A stretch of 64,000 nucleotides of DNA, from assembly GCA_965200315.1 (NCBI GenBank), contig OZ241362.1, positions 3,456,001-3,520,000 of the forward strand, written 5' to 3'. How positions within the stretch are numbered: position 1 is the first letter of the stretch; each line of letters starts with the position of its first letter. The translations under genes were made by a program, and so were the position numbers. The notes under the pieces are model-generated. The model did no database searches and was not told the origin of the DNA. It worked only from the letters and a program-made list of their open reading frames with translations. Shown piece after piece: positions 28,145 through 38,459 of the stretch. Source of the DNA: Candidatus Latescibacterota bacterium (GTDB lineage: Bacteria > Latescibacterota > UBA2968 > UBA8231).

Positions 28145-29041
28145 ATATCTCTTTTATCTAACCAAACGTGGGTCAACACCTCATAATCTCTCGCATGCCG
28201 GCGAAAATGCGGCCGCCATACGGCGGCCGGACTGCTCATCAACCCCGCCAAGGGGCGCTCGACGCCCCACCGGCGTGGTAACACCTCAAAGCCGCCGCCT
28301 TGTTTGGCGACGACTTCCCAGTCTATTTTGTGCGTCTTTTTTTGGTTGGCCCCCACGTTGGGATGGCCGCGCCTTGGTAGCCGCCATCCGCCCATAGCTT
28401 CCGTAAGCGGGCCACGCCAGCGGCTCCTAAGCAGGTCAACACCTGCTTGAGGCCGTCGCGATCATCCACGGCGGCGGCCGTGACCACCCCCTGTCGAAGC
28501 AAGCCCAACGTATCCACCAACAGAGGCCGTTTGCGTCCCTTGATCTTTTTACCGGCTTCATACCCGGTTGTTCTACCATGCGTTGCGGTCTTAATCGTCT
28601 GCCTATCGACGATGCCAGCCGACGGCAGCCCAGCCCGTCCGTTCCGGCGACGCTCCCTTTGGGTACGCTGATCCAGCACCGGCGGCCAGACCCCTTGCAG
28701 GCTCCAACGACGAAAGTAATCATACACCGTTTGCCACGGCCCAAAACAACCAGGCAACAAAGCCCAAGGACACCCCGTCTTGTTCAAATACAAAAGGCCG
28801 TTGACGATTTGGCGGCGATCCCGCGGGGGCCGGCCCGGACCGTGAAGACGCCAGCGCGGCACCGGCCGCAACGGTGCGATCCGCCGCCATTGGGCATCGG
28901 TTCGATCGGTGGCATATGGCATAGGCGGCGTACTCATCACACAAGCCTTTCTGTTCAGATTTTGTGGTGAACACCTGAATAGGGCTCGATGAGTACGCCG
29001 GTTCAAATAGCGACTACATTAAGGGTTTGCAGACGCCTTCT
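28145..29041 (-). mobile_element. IS5-family (IS1031/IS427-like) element with a frameshifted, 3'-truncated transposase
   Basis: YATDRTDAQW, GCPWALLP..FGPWQTVYDYFRRW, GKKIKGRKR, WADGGY, then FEVLPRRWGVER..RDYE in another frame. Confidence 0.82.
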
Positions 29042-29143
29042 GAAGGTTTTTGCATTGGCCACATGCCTCCTCCCGTCTGGTGTTTCTTAAACTCGGCACT
29101 TGCACAACGCGCTTGTTGACGTTAACGCTTCTGTGGTATAATC

Positions 29144-29238
29144 CTAAGCACACGACAGTAGAGCGGTATGCGAAGCGGAGTCGAAGCATCTCAAATCGCC
29201 CATGCCTAACGTCCATTGGAGTACTGGCGTGTACTTAG
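29144..29238. mobile_element. MITE-like element (same family as 13981) with 8-bp TSD GTATAATC
   Basis: CTAAGCACACGACAGTA / TACTGGCGTGTACTTAG; GTATAATC at 29136-29143 and 29239-29246. Confidence 0.75.
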
Positions 29239-29284
29239 GTATAATCATCATAATTACTCGCAATGCAAAAGGAATCTTAAAAAT

Positions 29285-29722
29285 ATGAGTGAAACCCGTC
29301 CCGTAATCGTGTACGACGGCGAATGCCGCTTCTGCCTGTGGAGCGTCGGCCGCATTCGTCGCTTTGACCGCAATGGCCGCTTTGAGTATCTGCCGCGCCA
29401 AACGGCCGGCATTGAAGAGCGGTTTCCCATCCTCTCCAGTTCTGACTTTAACACCGGCCTGCGCCTCATTCACGCCGGCGGACAGGTCGATGTTGGGGCG
29501 GATGCTGTGTACCAGATTTACCGCCGGCTTCCCCCTTGGAATCTGTTCACCGGGGTGTACCACATTCCGGGGCTGAAGCAGATCTTTCGCGCTGGCTATG
29601 GTCTCGTCGCGCGCAATCGGCACCGGTTTGGCAGGGTCGAATGCGCCGATGAAGCGTGCGAAATCCCGTACGGCGAGCGGCACAAGGGTGCCTCCGCTGA
29701 TTCCGCCACAAAGGCCCTATGA
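29285..29722 (+). CDS. DCC1-like thiol-disulfide oxidoreductase (DUF393)
   Basis: VIVYDGECRFC motif; GYGLVARNRHR. Confidence 0.88.
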   Translation: MSETRPVIVYDGECRFCLWSVGRIRRFDRNGRFEYLPRQTAGIEERFPILSSSDFNTGLRLIHAGGQVDVGADAVYQIYRRLPPWNLFTGVYHIPGLKQIFRAGYGLVARNRHRFGRVECADEACEIPYGERHKGASADSATKAL

Positions 29723-31056
29723 CCGCCCAGCGCAACGTCCTATTCCTCATCGCCGACGACTGGAGCCGCATCGCCGACTGCTACGGCAATAGCGTCGTCC
29801 GCACGCCCCGCATTGACGCGTTCGCCCGCGAGAGCACGGTCTTCGCCCAAGCCTTCTGCACCAGTCCTTCGTGTGCAGTCAGCCGCGCCTGCATCCTCAC
29901 GGGATACCACAGCCACACCCACGGCCAGTACGGCCACTGCCACGGCATCCACGGTTTCTCGACTCACCCCCATATTACCTCGACGCCCTCTAGCCTCAAG
30001 GAACATGGCTACGCCACGGCTTGCATCGGCAAAAAGCACGTAGAACCGCCCAGCGTGTACCCGTTCGACTTTGAGCCTGAAGTCAATGCCAGAAACGGCG
30101 TTGAATTGGCCCGCGCCGCTCGCGACTTTTGGGGTGCTTACCCCGACCAGCCGTTTTATATGCACGTGGGGTTTACCGACCCTCACCGCGCGGGTCGGGG
30201 TTTTGGCAATGAGCGTCCTTATTCCAACGTGCCGGAAACTCAGTACAGCCCCGACGACTTGGTAGTGCCGCCCTATCTGCCCGATGTGCCGGATGTGCGC
30301 GCCGACCTCGCTGAGTACTATCAGGCGGTCTCCCGCTTCGACTTTGGCGTGGGCTGTCTGCTCGACGCGCTGGAAGAATCGGGCCGGGCCGACGAAACCT
30401 TGGTCATCGTCACAACCGACCACGCCATGCCCTTCCCTGGGGCCAAGGCATCCTTCTTCGACAGCGGCCACCACTGCCCCTTTATCCTGCGGGCACCGGG
30501 CATCACCGCGCCTAGCACTCGCAGTCAATCCCTCATCAATTGGACTGATATTCGCCCGACCCTGCACGACTGGTGCGGAGTGCCCGCCCCAGAGGATTTG
30601 CCCGGTCGTTCCCTCCTGCCGGGCTTGGCCGATCCGTCCGTTCCCGACTGGGATCACACGTTCTTTTCGCACTGCTTTCACGAGGTGGTTGATTACAATC
30701 CCTACCGGGTGCTGCGCGGACGGCGCTACAAATTTGTGCGGAACTTGGCCGCTGGTCTCACCACTATGCTGCCTACGGACCTGTTCCGCTCGACTACGTG
30801 GACGGCAGTGCGGCGCGACGCGATTCCCACCATGGGCGAGCGTCCGACTCGCCACGTGATCACGCGGGAGCCCGAGGAGTTATACGATCTGGAGGCCGAT
30901 CCCACCGAAAGCGTCAATCGGATCGACGACCCCTACTTGCAGGAGGTGGCCGCCCAGATGCGCGCCCAACTCTACCAGTTCCGTTGCGACACGGCCGACC
31001 CTTGGCTGGAGGTGGACTTTCAGGAAGGGCGCATTGATCGCCTCGGCCCCAGATGA
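29719..31056 (+). CDS. Sulfatase (N-sulfoglucosamine sulfohydrolase-like)
   Basis: NVLFLIADD, SPSCAVSRACILTG, GKKH, DPHR, TTDH, EELYDL..DP.E. Confidence 0.9.
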   Translation: MTAQRNVLFLIADDWSRIADCYGNSVVRTPRIDAFARESTVFAQAFCTSPSCAVSRACILTGYHSHTHGQYGHCHGIHGFSTHPHITSTPSSLKEHGYATACIGKKHVEPPSVYPFDFEPEVNARNGVELARAARDFWGAYPDQPFYMHVGFTDPHRAGRGFGNERPYSNVPETQYSPDDLVVPPYLPDVPDVRADLAEYYQAVSRFDFGVGCLLDALEESGRADETLVIVTTDHAMPFPGAKASFFDSGHHCPFILRAPGITAPSTRSQSLINWTDIRPTLHDWCGVPAPEDLPGRSLLPGLADPSVPDWDHTFFSHCFHEVVDYNPYRVLRGRRYKFVRNLAAGLTTMLPTDLFRSTTWTAVRRDAIPTMGERPTRHVITREPEELYDLEADPTESVNRIDDPYLQEVAAQMRAQLYQFRCDTADPWLEVDFQEGRIDRLGPR

Positions 31057-31088
31057 TCCTAACGGTATAGGTGGCCGGTCAAATCGCC

Positions 31089-32276
31089 CTATTCAAACTG
31101 CTGTCGGCTCTGGCTGACCGCCTTGCCCTTGCCCCGAATTAGATCCGCTCTGTGCCAAGTCGAGACGGCGCGGCAGATGGTGTGCGACTCGCCGAGCATG
31201 TTCAGGAGCTGGTCTTGCGTGAACCAGTTTCCATCGCCGAGTGAGCCGCGGTCCACTTCGGCGTCTGCATACCCGTAGAGCCGTGAGACTCCGCCATCGG
31301 CTGCGCCGTCTTCGATGTAGGATGCCCAGGGGATATCGACGCTCAACTGACTCTTGACGAGCGACTGCAAGGAGCCGATCCGAGCGCCGACGTCCCAGCC
31401 GACCTTTTCTTCTTCCCAACCTGCGCCGCCGGGCAGTTCCCAGCTTCCATTGCTGTCCGCGCTGGTAAGGAGATACCGCGACTCTGAACCGGATGTCGAT
31501 TCGATGAGCAGGCGGGTGTCGGCGATTGGTTGGTCGAAGTGGATGGGTATTAGCCGCTTGCCAGCGTCGCTCAACGCATCGTAGGCGGTGCGGTCGTATG
31601 AATAATAGCCGGCGGCGGGCGGTGCTTTGACAGCGCAGTACTTGTTGAAGATCCCAACGCGGTCATCAGAAGTGGTGCCTCCCGGTGCCTTGTGCCAAGT
31701 ATGTGCATCCAGTAGCAGCAGATCGCCGGCTTTTAGTTCGGGATCGACAAAGTCGGGCAGTTGCTCGGGATCGGGGCGCGTGAGATCCAAGATGTGCGCA
31801 TCTGGGGCGATGACTTGCGCGAGTTTGTGCGATCCGGGCGAGACCAGTAGCGGGCCGTATTCGCGGTTGAAGTCGTTCAACGGAATGATGGCAAAGAGCC
31901 AACGCATTGAAGACCCCACCGGACGCCAGCGCTTGTAGTCGCAGTGAACGCCGCCGCCTTTGTCGCCTGGGGAGCGCAGATAGGCGACGTACGCGGTTAG
32001 ATGAGCGGGTTGCCCAAGGAGGGTTTCGACCGCATCGACGACCGCAGGATGCTCGGCAATGGGAGCCAATCCGGGCTCGGCGATTCGGTTGCCGCTGATG
32101 GTGTACTTGCCGGGCGTGGGGTACTTCAGAGAGGATGGGTACGCTCCTGCACGGGCCATTTGCTGGACGATGCTTCTCAGTTCGGAGGTCTCCTGCGAGG
32201 AGACGACGTCGCGGATGATGAGGTAGCCGTTTGTGCGGTAATCGGCAATTTGTTGATTGGTCAGGGTGCTGGTCAT
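31089..32276 (-). CDS. PhyH-family Fe(II)/2OG dioxygenase with a C-terminal degenerate Nudix-like domain
   Basis: NGYLIIRDV, HCD, PGSH, AGDLLL..TWH; C-terminal WELPGG without a Nudix REuxEE box. Confidence 0.75.
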   Translation of the reverse strand: MTSTLTNQQIADYRTNGYLIIRDVVSSQETSELRSIVQQMARAGAYPSSLKYPTPGKYTISGNRIAEPGLAPIAEHPAVVDAVETLLGQPAHLTAYVAYLRSPGDKGGGVHCDYKRWRPVGSSMRWLFAIIPLNDFNREYGPLLVSPGSHKLAQVIAPDAHILDLTRPDPEQLPDFVDPELKAGDLLLLDAHTWHKAPGGTTSDDRVGIFNKYCAVKAPPAAGYYSYDRTAYDALSDAGKRLIPIHFDQPIADTRLLIESTSGSESRYLLTSADSNGSWELPGGAGWEEEKVGWDVGARIGSLQSLVKSQLSVDIPWASYIEDGAADGGVSRLYGYADAEVDRGSLGDGNWFTQDQLLNMLGESHTICRAVSTWHRADLIRGKGKAVSQSRQQFE

Positions 32277-32399
32277 AATGGCCTCGCCATGTGGTAGCAG
32301 CGCGAAGTTATCACTGGGTCAATAGAATGAAAAAGCTCATCTTATGCAATTACCGTCGAGATTGACCGCCTTTGGGCAGGTATCTATTATTGCAACTTC

Positions 32400-34301
32400 T
32401 TGAGTATTGAAACGACAGAAGATGTACTCTGCAAACGAAGAAAGCTGGTCCCCATGCTGCTTGATTCCATTTCACTCCGATTCCTCTATCGAATAGGTTG
32501 CCTCATGGTCATTTCCGCCGGACTTGCCGCGGCTGATACCTTGCCCGACGGGCCGGGCCTTCTCCTCGAAGATCGCGACGGACGCGTCTATGTCGCTGTC
32601 CTTGGCTCCGAAGGAATTGTCGCTCGCAACGCCTCTGATGACGCCGACACTTGGGATGTCGTCGCCGAGGGGCGCGTTGAAGGTCTGCAGATTGCTCCCG
32701 ACGGGGATTTGTGGATGGCCCGCGACGACGAGGTCTTGCGCTACCCGCGCCAGGGGGGCGAGCCGGTTTCTCGGACGCCTTCCTTCCTTCTTCAAGGGTC
32801 GCCGGGCCCGTTGTTGGCGACGCGCTGGGGCGACGTCTGGTGCGCCGGGTGCGGCGCCGTGCGTCGGGGCGACGCCATGTTCGAGGCCGCGCCTGCCTCC
32901 CCAACCGGGTGGGAGATCGCGCCGGTGTGCGACGATCCCTTCGGCAATGTGTGGGCTATTGCTGACGATGGCCAGCGGCGGGATATCGCCGTCCTGACGG
33001 ACCAACGTCCCCACGGCTGGCAGCGCCTCGACCTGCCGGCCGATCAACTCGCTGGCTCTTGGCAGGGTGCTGTCGCCGACGATGCCGGCTTCGTCTGGGT
33101 GGCTTTAGAGGCCGCCGTCTTGCGCGTCGATCCCCGCTCGTCCGGGCCTCACCGCTCCTTTGCCAATCCCGTCGATGCCCGCATCACTGCGATTGCGCGC
33201 GGCGGCGATCAGATCGTAGTCGGCTTTGCCGATGGCAGCTTGCGCGAGCTGACTGTGAATGCCGACGGTCCGCCGGCTTGGCGGGCGATTCAGACGGGTG
33301 GCGATGGTCCGGTGCAGGCGCTGCTGCACGCCCGGTCTGGTAGTCTTTGGGTGTTGAGGGCCGGGAAAGTTCAGCGTCTCGCCGATCTTGAGCAGTCTTG
33401 GCACGAGCACTGGGACGAGCAGCCGCGAATGCCAGCGGGCAACCACGACCACATTTTTGCTCGCATCGGCGACCGCCTGTACACCGCCGGGGGCAAGACC
33501 TTTTTCGGCTGGCCCGCATCGGAGTGGGTAAATCTCGACCACGTGTGGTCCTATCACATCCCCTCGGGCACGTGGCGCGTGGAGCCGCCCTTGCTGGAGC
33601 CGGGCAAGGCCTATTCCGGTATCGCCGCTCTCGACGACGAACTCTGGCTTTTAGGGGGTCTCTTCCGCGCCGGCAGCGGGACGCAGGCGACGGCGACCGT
33701 CGAGATCTTCGATCCCCGCACGCGGCGTTATCGCCTCGGCCCGCCGCTACCGCGCAAAGCAGGCCAAGTGGTGGCCCTCACCGTCAATGACCGGTTGTAC
33801 GCCGTGGGCGGTGCCGATGACGAAGGCCCGACGGCAGAGGTCTTGAGCATCGGAGCCGGGGAGACGAGTTGGCGGATCGACGCTCCTGCGCCCGGCCCAG
33901 TGTTGCAGGCCAGCGGCTGCGTTCTGGATGGCAAGATCTACATTGCCGCGGGCCCTTCGTCCCAGTGCCCGGGTCTGTTCGTCTATGACCCCGAGCGGGA
34001 TAGCTGGAGCCAGATTGAGCACCCGTCGCGGCCTCCGAGTGCTCCTCTCTGCACGGCCTTCAACGGCAGCGTCTGGGTCATGGGAGGACGGGGAGCCGAT
34101 AGCGGCCAGACAGCGACCTTTGCCTACGCGCCGGATACCGGCCAGTGGCGTCGCGGCCCCGACCTGCCCCTGCCGGTTAGCTGGGCTGCGGCTGCTGTTG
34201 TCAACGGCCGCCTGCTGATCGCCGGTGGTGCCTACCGCGACGAGCGGGTCGGCGACTTCTTCAACAGCGATAGCGTGTTCCTGCTGCGCGAGGCTAAGTG
34301 A
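32400..34301 (+). CDS. Beta-propeller protein with C-terminal Kelch repeats (start uncertain)
   Basis: Repeated LY.(A/V)GG..VE.(F/Y)DP...W units (LYTAGG, LWLLGG, LYAVGG, VWVMGG, LLIAGG). Confidence 0.8.
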   Translation: MSIETTEDVLCKRRKLVPMLLDSISLRFLYRIGCLMVISAGLAAADTLPDGPGLLLEDRDGRVYVAVLGSEGIVARNASDDADTWDVVAEGRVEGLQIAPDGDLWMARDDEVLRYPRQGGEPVSRTPSFLLQGSPGPLLATRWGDVWCAGCGAVRRGDAMFEAAPASPTGWEIAPVCDDPFGNVWAIADDGQRRDIAVLTDQRPHGWQRLDLPADQLAGSWQGAVADDAGFVWVALEAAVLRVDPRSSGPHRSFANPVDARITAIARGGDQIVVGFADGSLRELTVNADGPPAWRAIQTGGDGPVQALLHARSGSLWVLRAGKVQRLADLEQSWHEHWDEQPRMPAGNHDHIFARIGDRLYTAGGKTFFGWPASEWVNLDHVWSYHIPSGTWRVEPPLLEPGKAYSGIAALDDELWLLGGLFRAGSGTQATATVEIFDPRTRRYRLGPPLPRKAGQVVALTVNDRLYAVGGADDEGPTAEVLSIGAGETSWRIDAPAPGPVLQASGCVLDGKIYIAAGPSSQCPGLFVYDPERDSWSQIEHPSRPPSAPLCTAFNGSVWVMGGRGADSGQTATFAYAPDTGQWRRGPDLPLPVSWAAAAVVNGRLLIAGGAYRDERVGDFFNSDSVFLLREAK

Positions 34302-34305
34302 TTTT

Positions 34306-35346
34306 TCAATGTTCCACTAAGCGTCGGGTACAGGCTAGGACGTACTCGATATCGTCTGCCTTGATGTGGCGGTGAAAAACCAAGCGCACCCGGTGCGGCG
34401 GACGGGGATGGCTCAGGATGCCGCAAGCCTTCCAGCGGTCCACCAATTCTTGGCCGCTCCAGCCCAGACGGCTGCAATCTACGGTCGCGAAATTGGTCGG
34501 GTGCGGCGGTTGAATGGATTCGAGTCCATCAATGTTGGCCAGCCCCTCGTGCAGCAATTGGGCGTGGGCTTGGTCCTCGGCTAGGCGCTCGACCATGGTC
34601 TCCAAGGCCACGATGGCCGCGGCCGCGACAATCCCGGCCTGTCGCATGGCACCGCCTAGGCGCGAGCGCACCTGCCGGGCCCGCTCGATAAACTCGCGCT
34701 GCCCGCACAACAGCGAGCCCACGGGTGCGCTGAGGCCCTTGGAGGCGCAGAACATTACTGAATCGGCGTGCTTGGTATAGGCGCGCACATCCACGCTCAC
34801 GGCTATGGCCGCGTTGAAGATGCGCGCTCCGTCAATGTGCAAATTGAGCCCGCGTTTGTGGGCGGCTGCGGCCACGGCTTCCACTTGGGCAGGCAACCAA
34901 GCCGAGCCGCCGCTCAAATTGTGAGGATTCTCAATCCACACCAGCGAGGGACGGGCGCGGTTGGGGTTGGCTTGGTCTGCGATCTCGTCCACTTGCTCGG
35001 GCCGCATGACGCCGAATTCCAGCGGCACTGCGCGCGCGGCTAGACAGGCTTCGGCCGCGGATTGGGCCCGGTAGCCGCCAAAGACGTGTGCCCCGGCCGC
35101 GTACACCACCTCGTCGCCCGGCCGCGTGTGCGCCACTAAGGCACAGCGGTTGCCCATGGAGCCAGAGGGCACGTACAGCCCCGCCTCCATGCCCACTTTG
35201 GCGGCCGCCAGTTCCTCCAGCCGATTGACCGTGGGGTCTTCGCCGTACGCGTCGTCGCCCACGGGTGCCGCCATCATGGCTGCCCGCATCGCCTCGGTCG
35301 GCCGGGTCACTGTATCGCTGCGCAAATCCACTCTTCGCTCTGTCAT
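34306..35346 (-). CDS. ltaE: Low-specificity L-threonine aldolase
   Basis: [47 protein letters not shown]. Confidence 0.92.
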   Translation of the reverse strand: MTERRVDLRSDTVTRPTEAMRAAMMAAPVGDDAYGEDPTVNRLEELAAAKVGMEAGLYVPSGSMGNRCALVAHTRPGDEVVYAAGAHVFGGYRAQSAAEACLAARAVPLEFGVMRPEQVDEIADQANPNRARPSLVWIENPHNLSGGSAWLPAQVEAVAAAAHKRGLNLHIDGARIFNAAIAVSVDVRAYTKHADSVMFCASKGLSAPVGSLLCGQREFIERARQVRSRLGGAMRQAGIVAAAAIVALETMVERLAEDQAHAQLLHEGLANIDGLESIQPPHPTNFATVDCSRLGWSGQELVDRWKACGILSHPRPPHRVRLVFHRHIKADDIEYVLACTRRLVEH

Positions 35347-35463
35347 GGAATGCTCCTTTCTGTCGTGATAATTTGGGAGTTGGGGTCAAATTTCTCGCTT
35401 GAGAACTTTCTGTTCGAGTACGAACAATTAAACGCCGGCGAAACAATAGAAAAGATATAATCA

Positions 35464-36339
35464 ATGCCTACAATGACGGTGAATGGCGCGTCCATTGTAT
35501 ATGAAATTTTTGGCAAGGGACCGCTGCTGGTATGGACGGAAGGAGGGCGCTTTGGTCGCAACGAATTGAGCTATTTGGTGGCTGGCCATTTTTCTCGTCA
35601 ATACTCAGTGCTGGTTTGGGATCGGCGCAATGGGATCGGCGCGTCTGATGTTGCACTGGCGGATAGTCCGAGCTATATGACTACAGACGTAGCGGATCTT
35701 CATGCACTCCTGAGGAACTTAGCGCTAGGTCCCGCTTGTTTCGCTGGCGCGTCAGCCGGTAGCAGTTTATCGCTTTGGATGGCGCATCGATACCCAGAAG
35801 ATGTGAAGTCGCTCATTCTGTTTTCTGCACCTACTGACGATGTAGCATTGTTTAGAATAGGTGTTTACAAGCATTGTTTTAGCCTTGCAGAGATAGCGGA
35901 ACGCGGAGGTATGCAAGCCGCGATTGATGCGTCAACAGAGTCGTGGTTCTGCGAACTCGAGGGCCAATCCTCCGAACGGGGCACTTGGTTGGCGCAAACG
36001 ATCTATCGGAATCCGAGCAATCGAGCGCGCGTTTTGGCGATAGAGCCGCAGTTGTTTGCCGCAACAATGCGTCGCTGGGGCAAATTCTTCTTATCAATGA
36101 GCTGGCCCGCAGGACTGACCGAAGCGGATCTACGCTCGATTTCTTTTTCCGTTATGATTGTGCCGGGGGACGATGAAATACACCCTCGACGAAGCGCCGA
36201 GCGACTCCTAGCTCTGCTAGCGCAAGCGGAAATGATAGAGTTCCCCGCTACAGTCCCTGCGGAAGCTGCGGCGATGGAGAAGTTTTATTCCGTCTTTCCA
36301 GCGATGGATGAATTTCTGACGCGGACATTACTTGATTGA
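35464..36339 (+). CDS. Alpha/beta-fold hydrolase
   Basis: WDRRNG.G.S, nucleophile elbow GASAG, GDDEIHP. Confidence 0.82.
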   Translation: MPTMTVNGASIVYEIFGKGPLLVWTEGGRFGRNELSYLVAGHFSRQYSVLVWDRRNGIGASDVALADSPSYMTTDVADLHALLRNLALGPACFAGASAGSSLSLWMAHRYPEDVKSLILFSAPTDDVALFRIGVYKHCFSLAEIAERGGMQAAIDASTESWFCELEGQSSERGTWLAQTIYRNPSNRARVLAIEPQLFAATMRRWGKFFLSMSWPAGLTEADLRSISFSVMIVPGDDEIHPRRSAERLLALLAQAEMIEFPATVPAEAAAMEKFYSVFPAMDEFLTRTLLD

Positions 36340-37133
36340 GCGATGATAAACCTTGCATCGAGACGTGTAAACGAGCTAACGTGAAGTCGCATAAATTCAT
36401 TGACTATACATATCTGGAGATCAAGTCGCTTATTGACGGTGGGTGTTTGGCGATTGTACCCACTGGATGTACAGAGCAGCAGGGGCCACATTTGCCGGTG
36501 GATTTCGATACTTGGTTTGCGGAAGCGGTCGCCCTAGAAGCTGCACAGCACGCGGCACGCTATCACACTGTGCGTGCTTTGGTTTTGCCGACCATGCCTT
36601 TTGGACCCACGCCCGAACATCGGGGCTTTGGCTCGGGATATGTCAATATCCCACACGCTGTGCATGAACAGTACGTCTATTTCGTCCTTGAATCACTTGC
36701 AGAGCAGGGTTTTGATACTATCGTTGTCTGGCGCGGCTGCGGCGAGCATCGACTAGAGGAGGCATTGAACAGGTTTAACGCAAAATTCCGCCCTTCATGC
36801 GTGGCCTACCTTCCCTCTCTGCCTTACCATGACATTTGGTGCCGTGTAGCTGATCCAAGCGTCTTAGGGGGACACGCCGACAGTTTCACGACTTCAATCG
36901 CCCTGCATCGGCGTCCAGACACGGTCCGACTCGACAGGATCCCGTCAACTAGCTCAAGGGAGGTGGATTGGAACGATCCGCAGCTCGATTTCACGAACTA
37001 TTCAGACACTGGTGTCATAGGCGACGCGACTCAAGCGAGTGCCGAGTTGGGACACAGGCTTTGGCAAGAGGTCATATTGACCGCGGCAGCGATATTCAGA
37101 GATTGCCAAGATCAATCAATCAGCGGCCTGTAG
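36336..37133 (+). CDS. Creatininase-family amidohydrolase (start uncertain)
   Basis: PTGCTEQQGPHLPVDFD, GGHAD, TGVIGD...AS.ELG. Confidence 0.85.
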   Translation: MSDDKPCIETCKRANVKSHKFIDYTYLEIKSLIDGGCLAIVPTGCTEQQGPHLPVDFDTWFAEAVALEAAQHAARYHTVRALVLPTMPFGPTPEHRGFGSGYVNIPHAVHEQYVYFVLESLAEQGFDTIVVWRGCGEHRLEEALNRFNAKFRPSCVAYLPSLPYHDIWCRVADPSVLGGHADSFTTSIALHRRPDTVRLDRIPSTSSREVDWNDPQLDFTNYSDTGVIGDATQASAELGHRLWQEVILTAAAIFRDCQDQSISGL

Positions 37134-37159
37134 TGATCGCCTGAGAACTACCGGCCAAG

Positions 37160-37465
37160 TATTCTATAACTTTCATCGGCAGACACCCGACGAGGGAAGA
37201 GTCCGCGAAGCCATTGAACAACTGGGTGAAAATCAGGCGGGTATATTGGTGCTGCACCACGCCATCCTCGCGTTTCCGCAGTGGCAATCGTGGTCGGACC
37301 TGTGCGGCATTCAAGAGCGCAGTTTCTATTTCAAGGTTGACCAAAACCTGCATGTTGACGTCGTGAATCCGCAGCATCCCATCCTCCAAGGATTGGCGAC
37401 ATCAATGCCGACCGTCTGGAGATTGCCGAGCAGATTGGCGCGGCTGAAATCGTTGTGAATGTTGC
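37160..37465 (+). pseudogene. Patchwork of a ThuA-like internal fragment and a short Zn-dependent dehydrogenase-like fragment
   Basis: FYNFH..GILVLHHAILAFPQW..QHPILQGL (37160-37396) abuts DINADRLEIAEQIGAAEIVVNV (~37398-37463); neither has a native start or stop. Confidence 0.55.
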
Positions 37466-37469
37466 AGGG

Positions 37470-38459
37470 ATTGGTCACCCCGGTCGCCCAACCCACTACG
37501 CCTCCGTGCGAACTCCCTCCCGTGAGAAAATCCGTCACCTCTTCCCACTTGCCGTACCAATGCCCGCCCAACAACGCGGTGGAGGCGGGAAACACATCGC
37601 TGCCAAAGACCTTATCGCGGCCCCCAGCCTTCTGCACGGCGGCGCGAAATTCTCCCATGCGCTCGGCTAGTATATGGGCGCGGAACTGCACCCAATCGAG
37701 CACGGCCCCATCTTGAGCCAACAACCCCAGAAAATCCATCAAGCCCGGACGGCCCGCAGCCAAAGCCCGCACGTCGCCCAAAGTCAATTGCTGTAAGCTC
37801 TGGCGCAGGGCCAGCACGCCGCGCCGCATAGCCGCAAAATCGTAGCCCAAGCGCACGGCTTCGTCCTCGCAGTTGGCACAGCCGCAGGCCATCAGGCTGT
37901 GCACGTTGGCCGGGGCTGGATAGCGGGCGTGATCCACGTCAAAGCCGTCGATAGCGTGGCGCTGCACCGCTTCCACCAAGCAGTCGCGCGTCCACTCGTT
38001 GATCGCCTTGTGGCTCGGACACAGGCCAATGCCCCACTCCTGATAGCGCCGATCCAATAGCCGCCCCTCCAGATCGCGCAGGGCGAATTCGGGATAGACC
38101 TCGCCGCCGTAGCTCCACAAGCCGATGTGTCCCCACACCTCAATCCCCGTGCTTTTACACGCTTCGATGACGCGCTGCAAGGGCGCATCGTCAAAGCCGC
38201 TGATAATCCCGGCCACCGGCGGATAGATACCCTCTGCGCCGCGTGGCCAGGCATCGAGACGCTGACGCCAGTCTTCAAAGGGGCCCCGCTGGGCCAACTC
38301 CGCGGAGGCGCTGAAGCCCGAGGTATGGCACACCGGACTTTCGGGCATAATCGTCGTCAGGCCGACCGCGTCCTTGAGCTTTTGCAGGGATTCGGGATGC
38401 CGGGCCACGTATTCTGTCTGGCAAAACCAGATGCGGCGAGATTTATGCGTGGACGTCAT
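37470..38459 (-). pseudogene. Glycoside-hydrolase-like TIM-barrel protein, 3'-truncated
   Basis: GIEVWGH, LCPSH, IDGFDVDHARYP, CGCANC; ATGA-coupled to the Nudix gene; runs into foreign fragments at ~37470. Confidence 0.6.
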
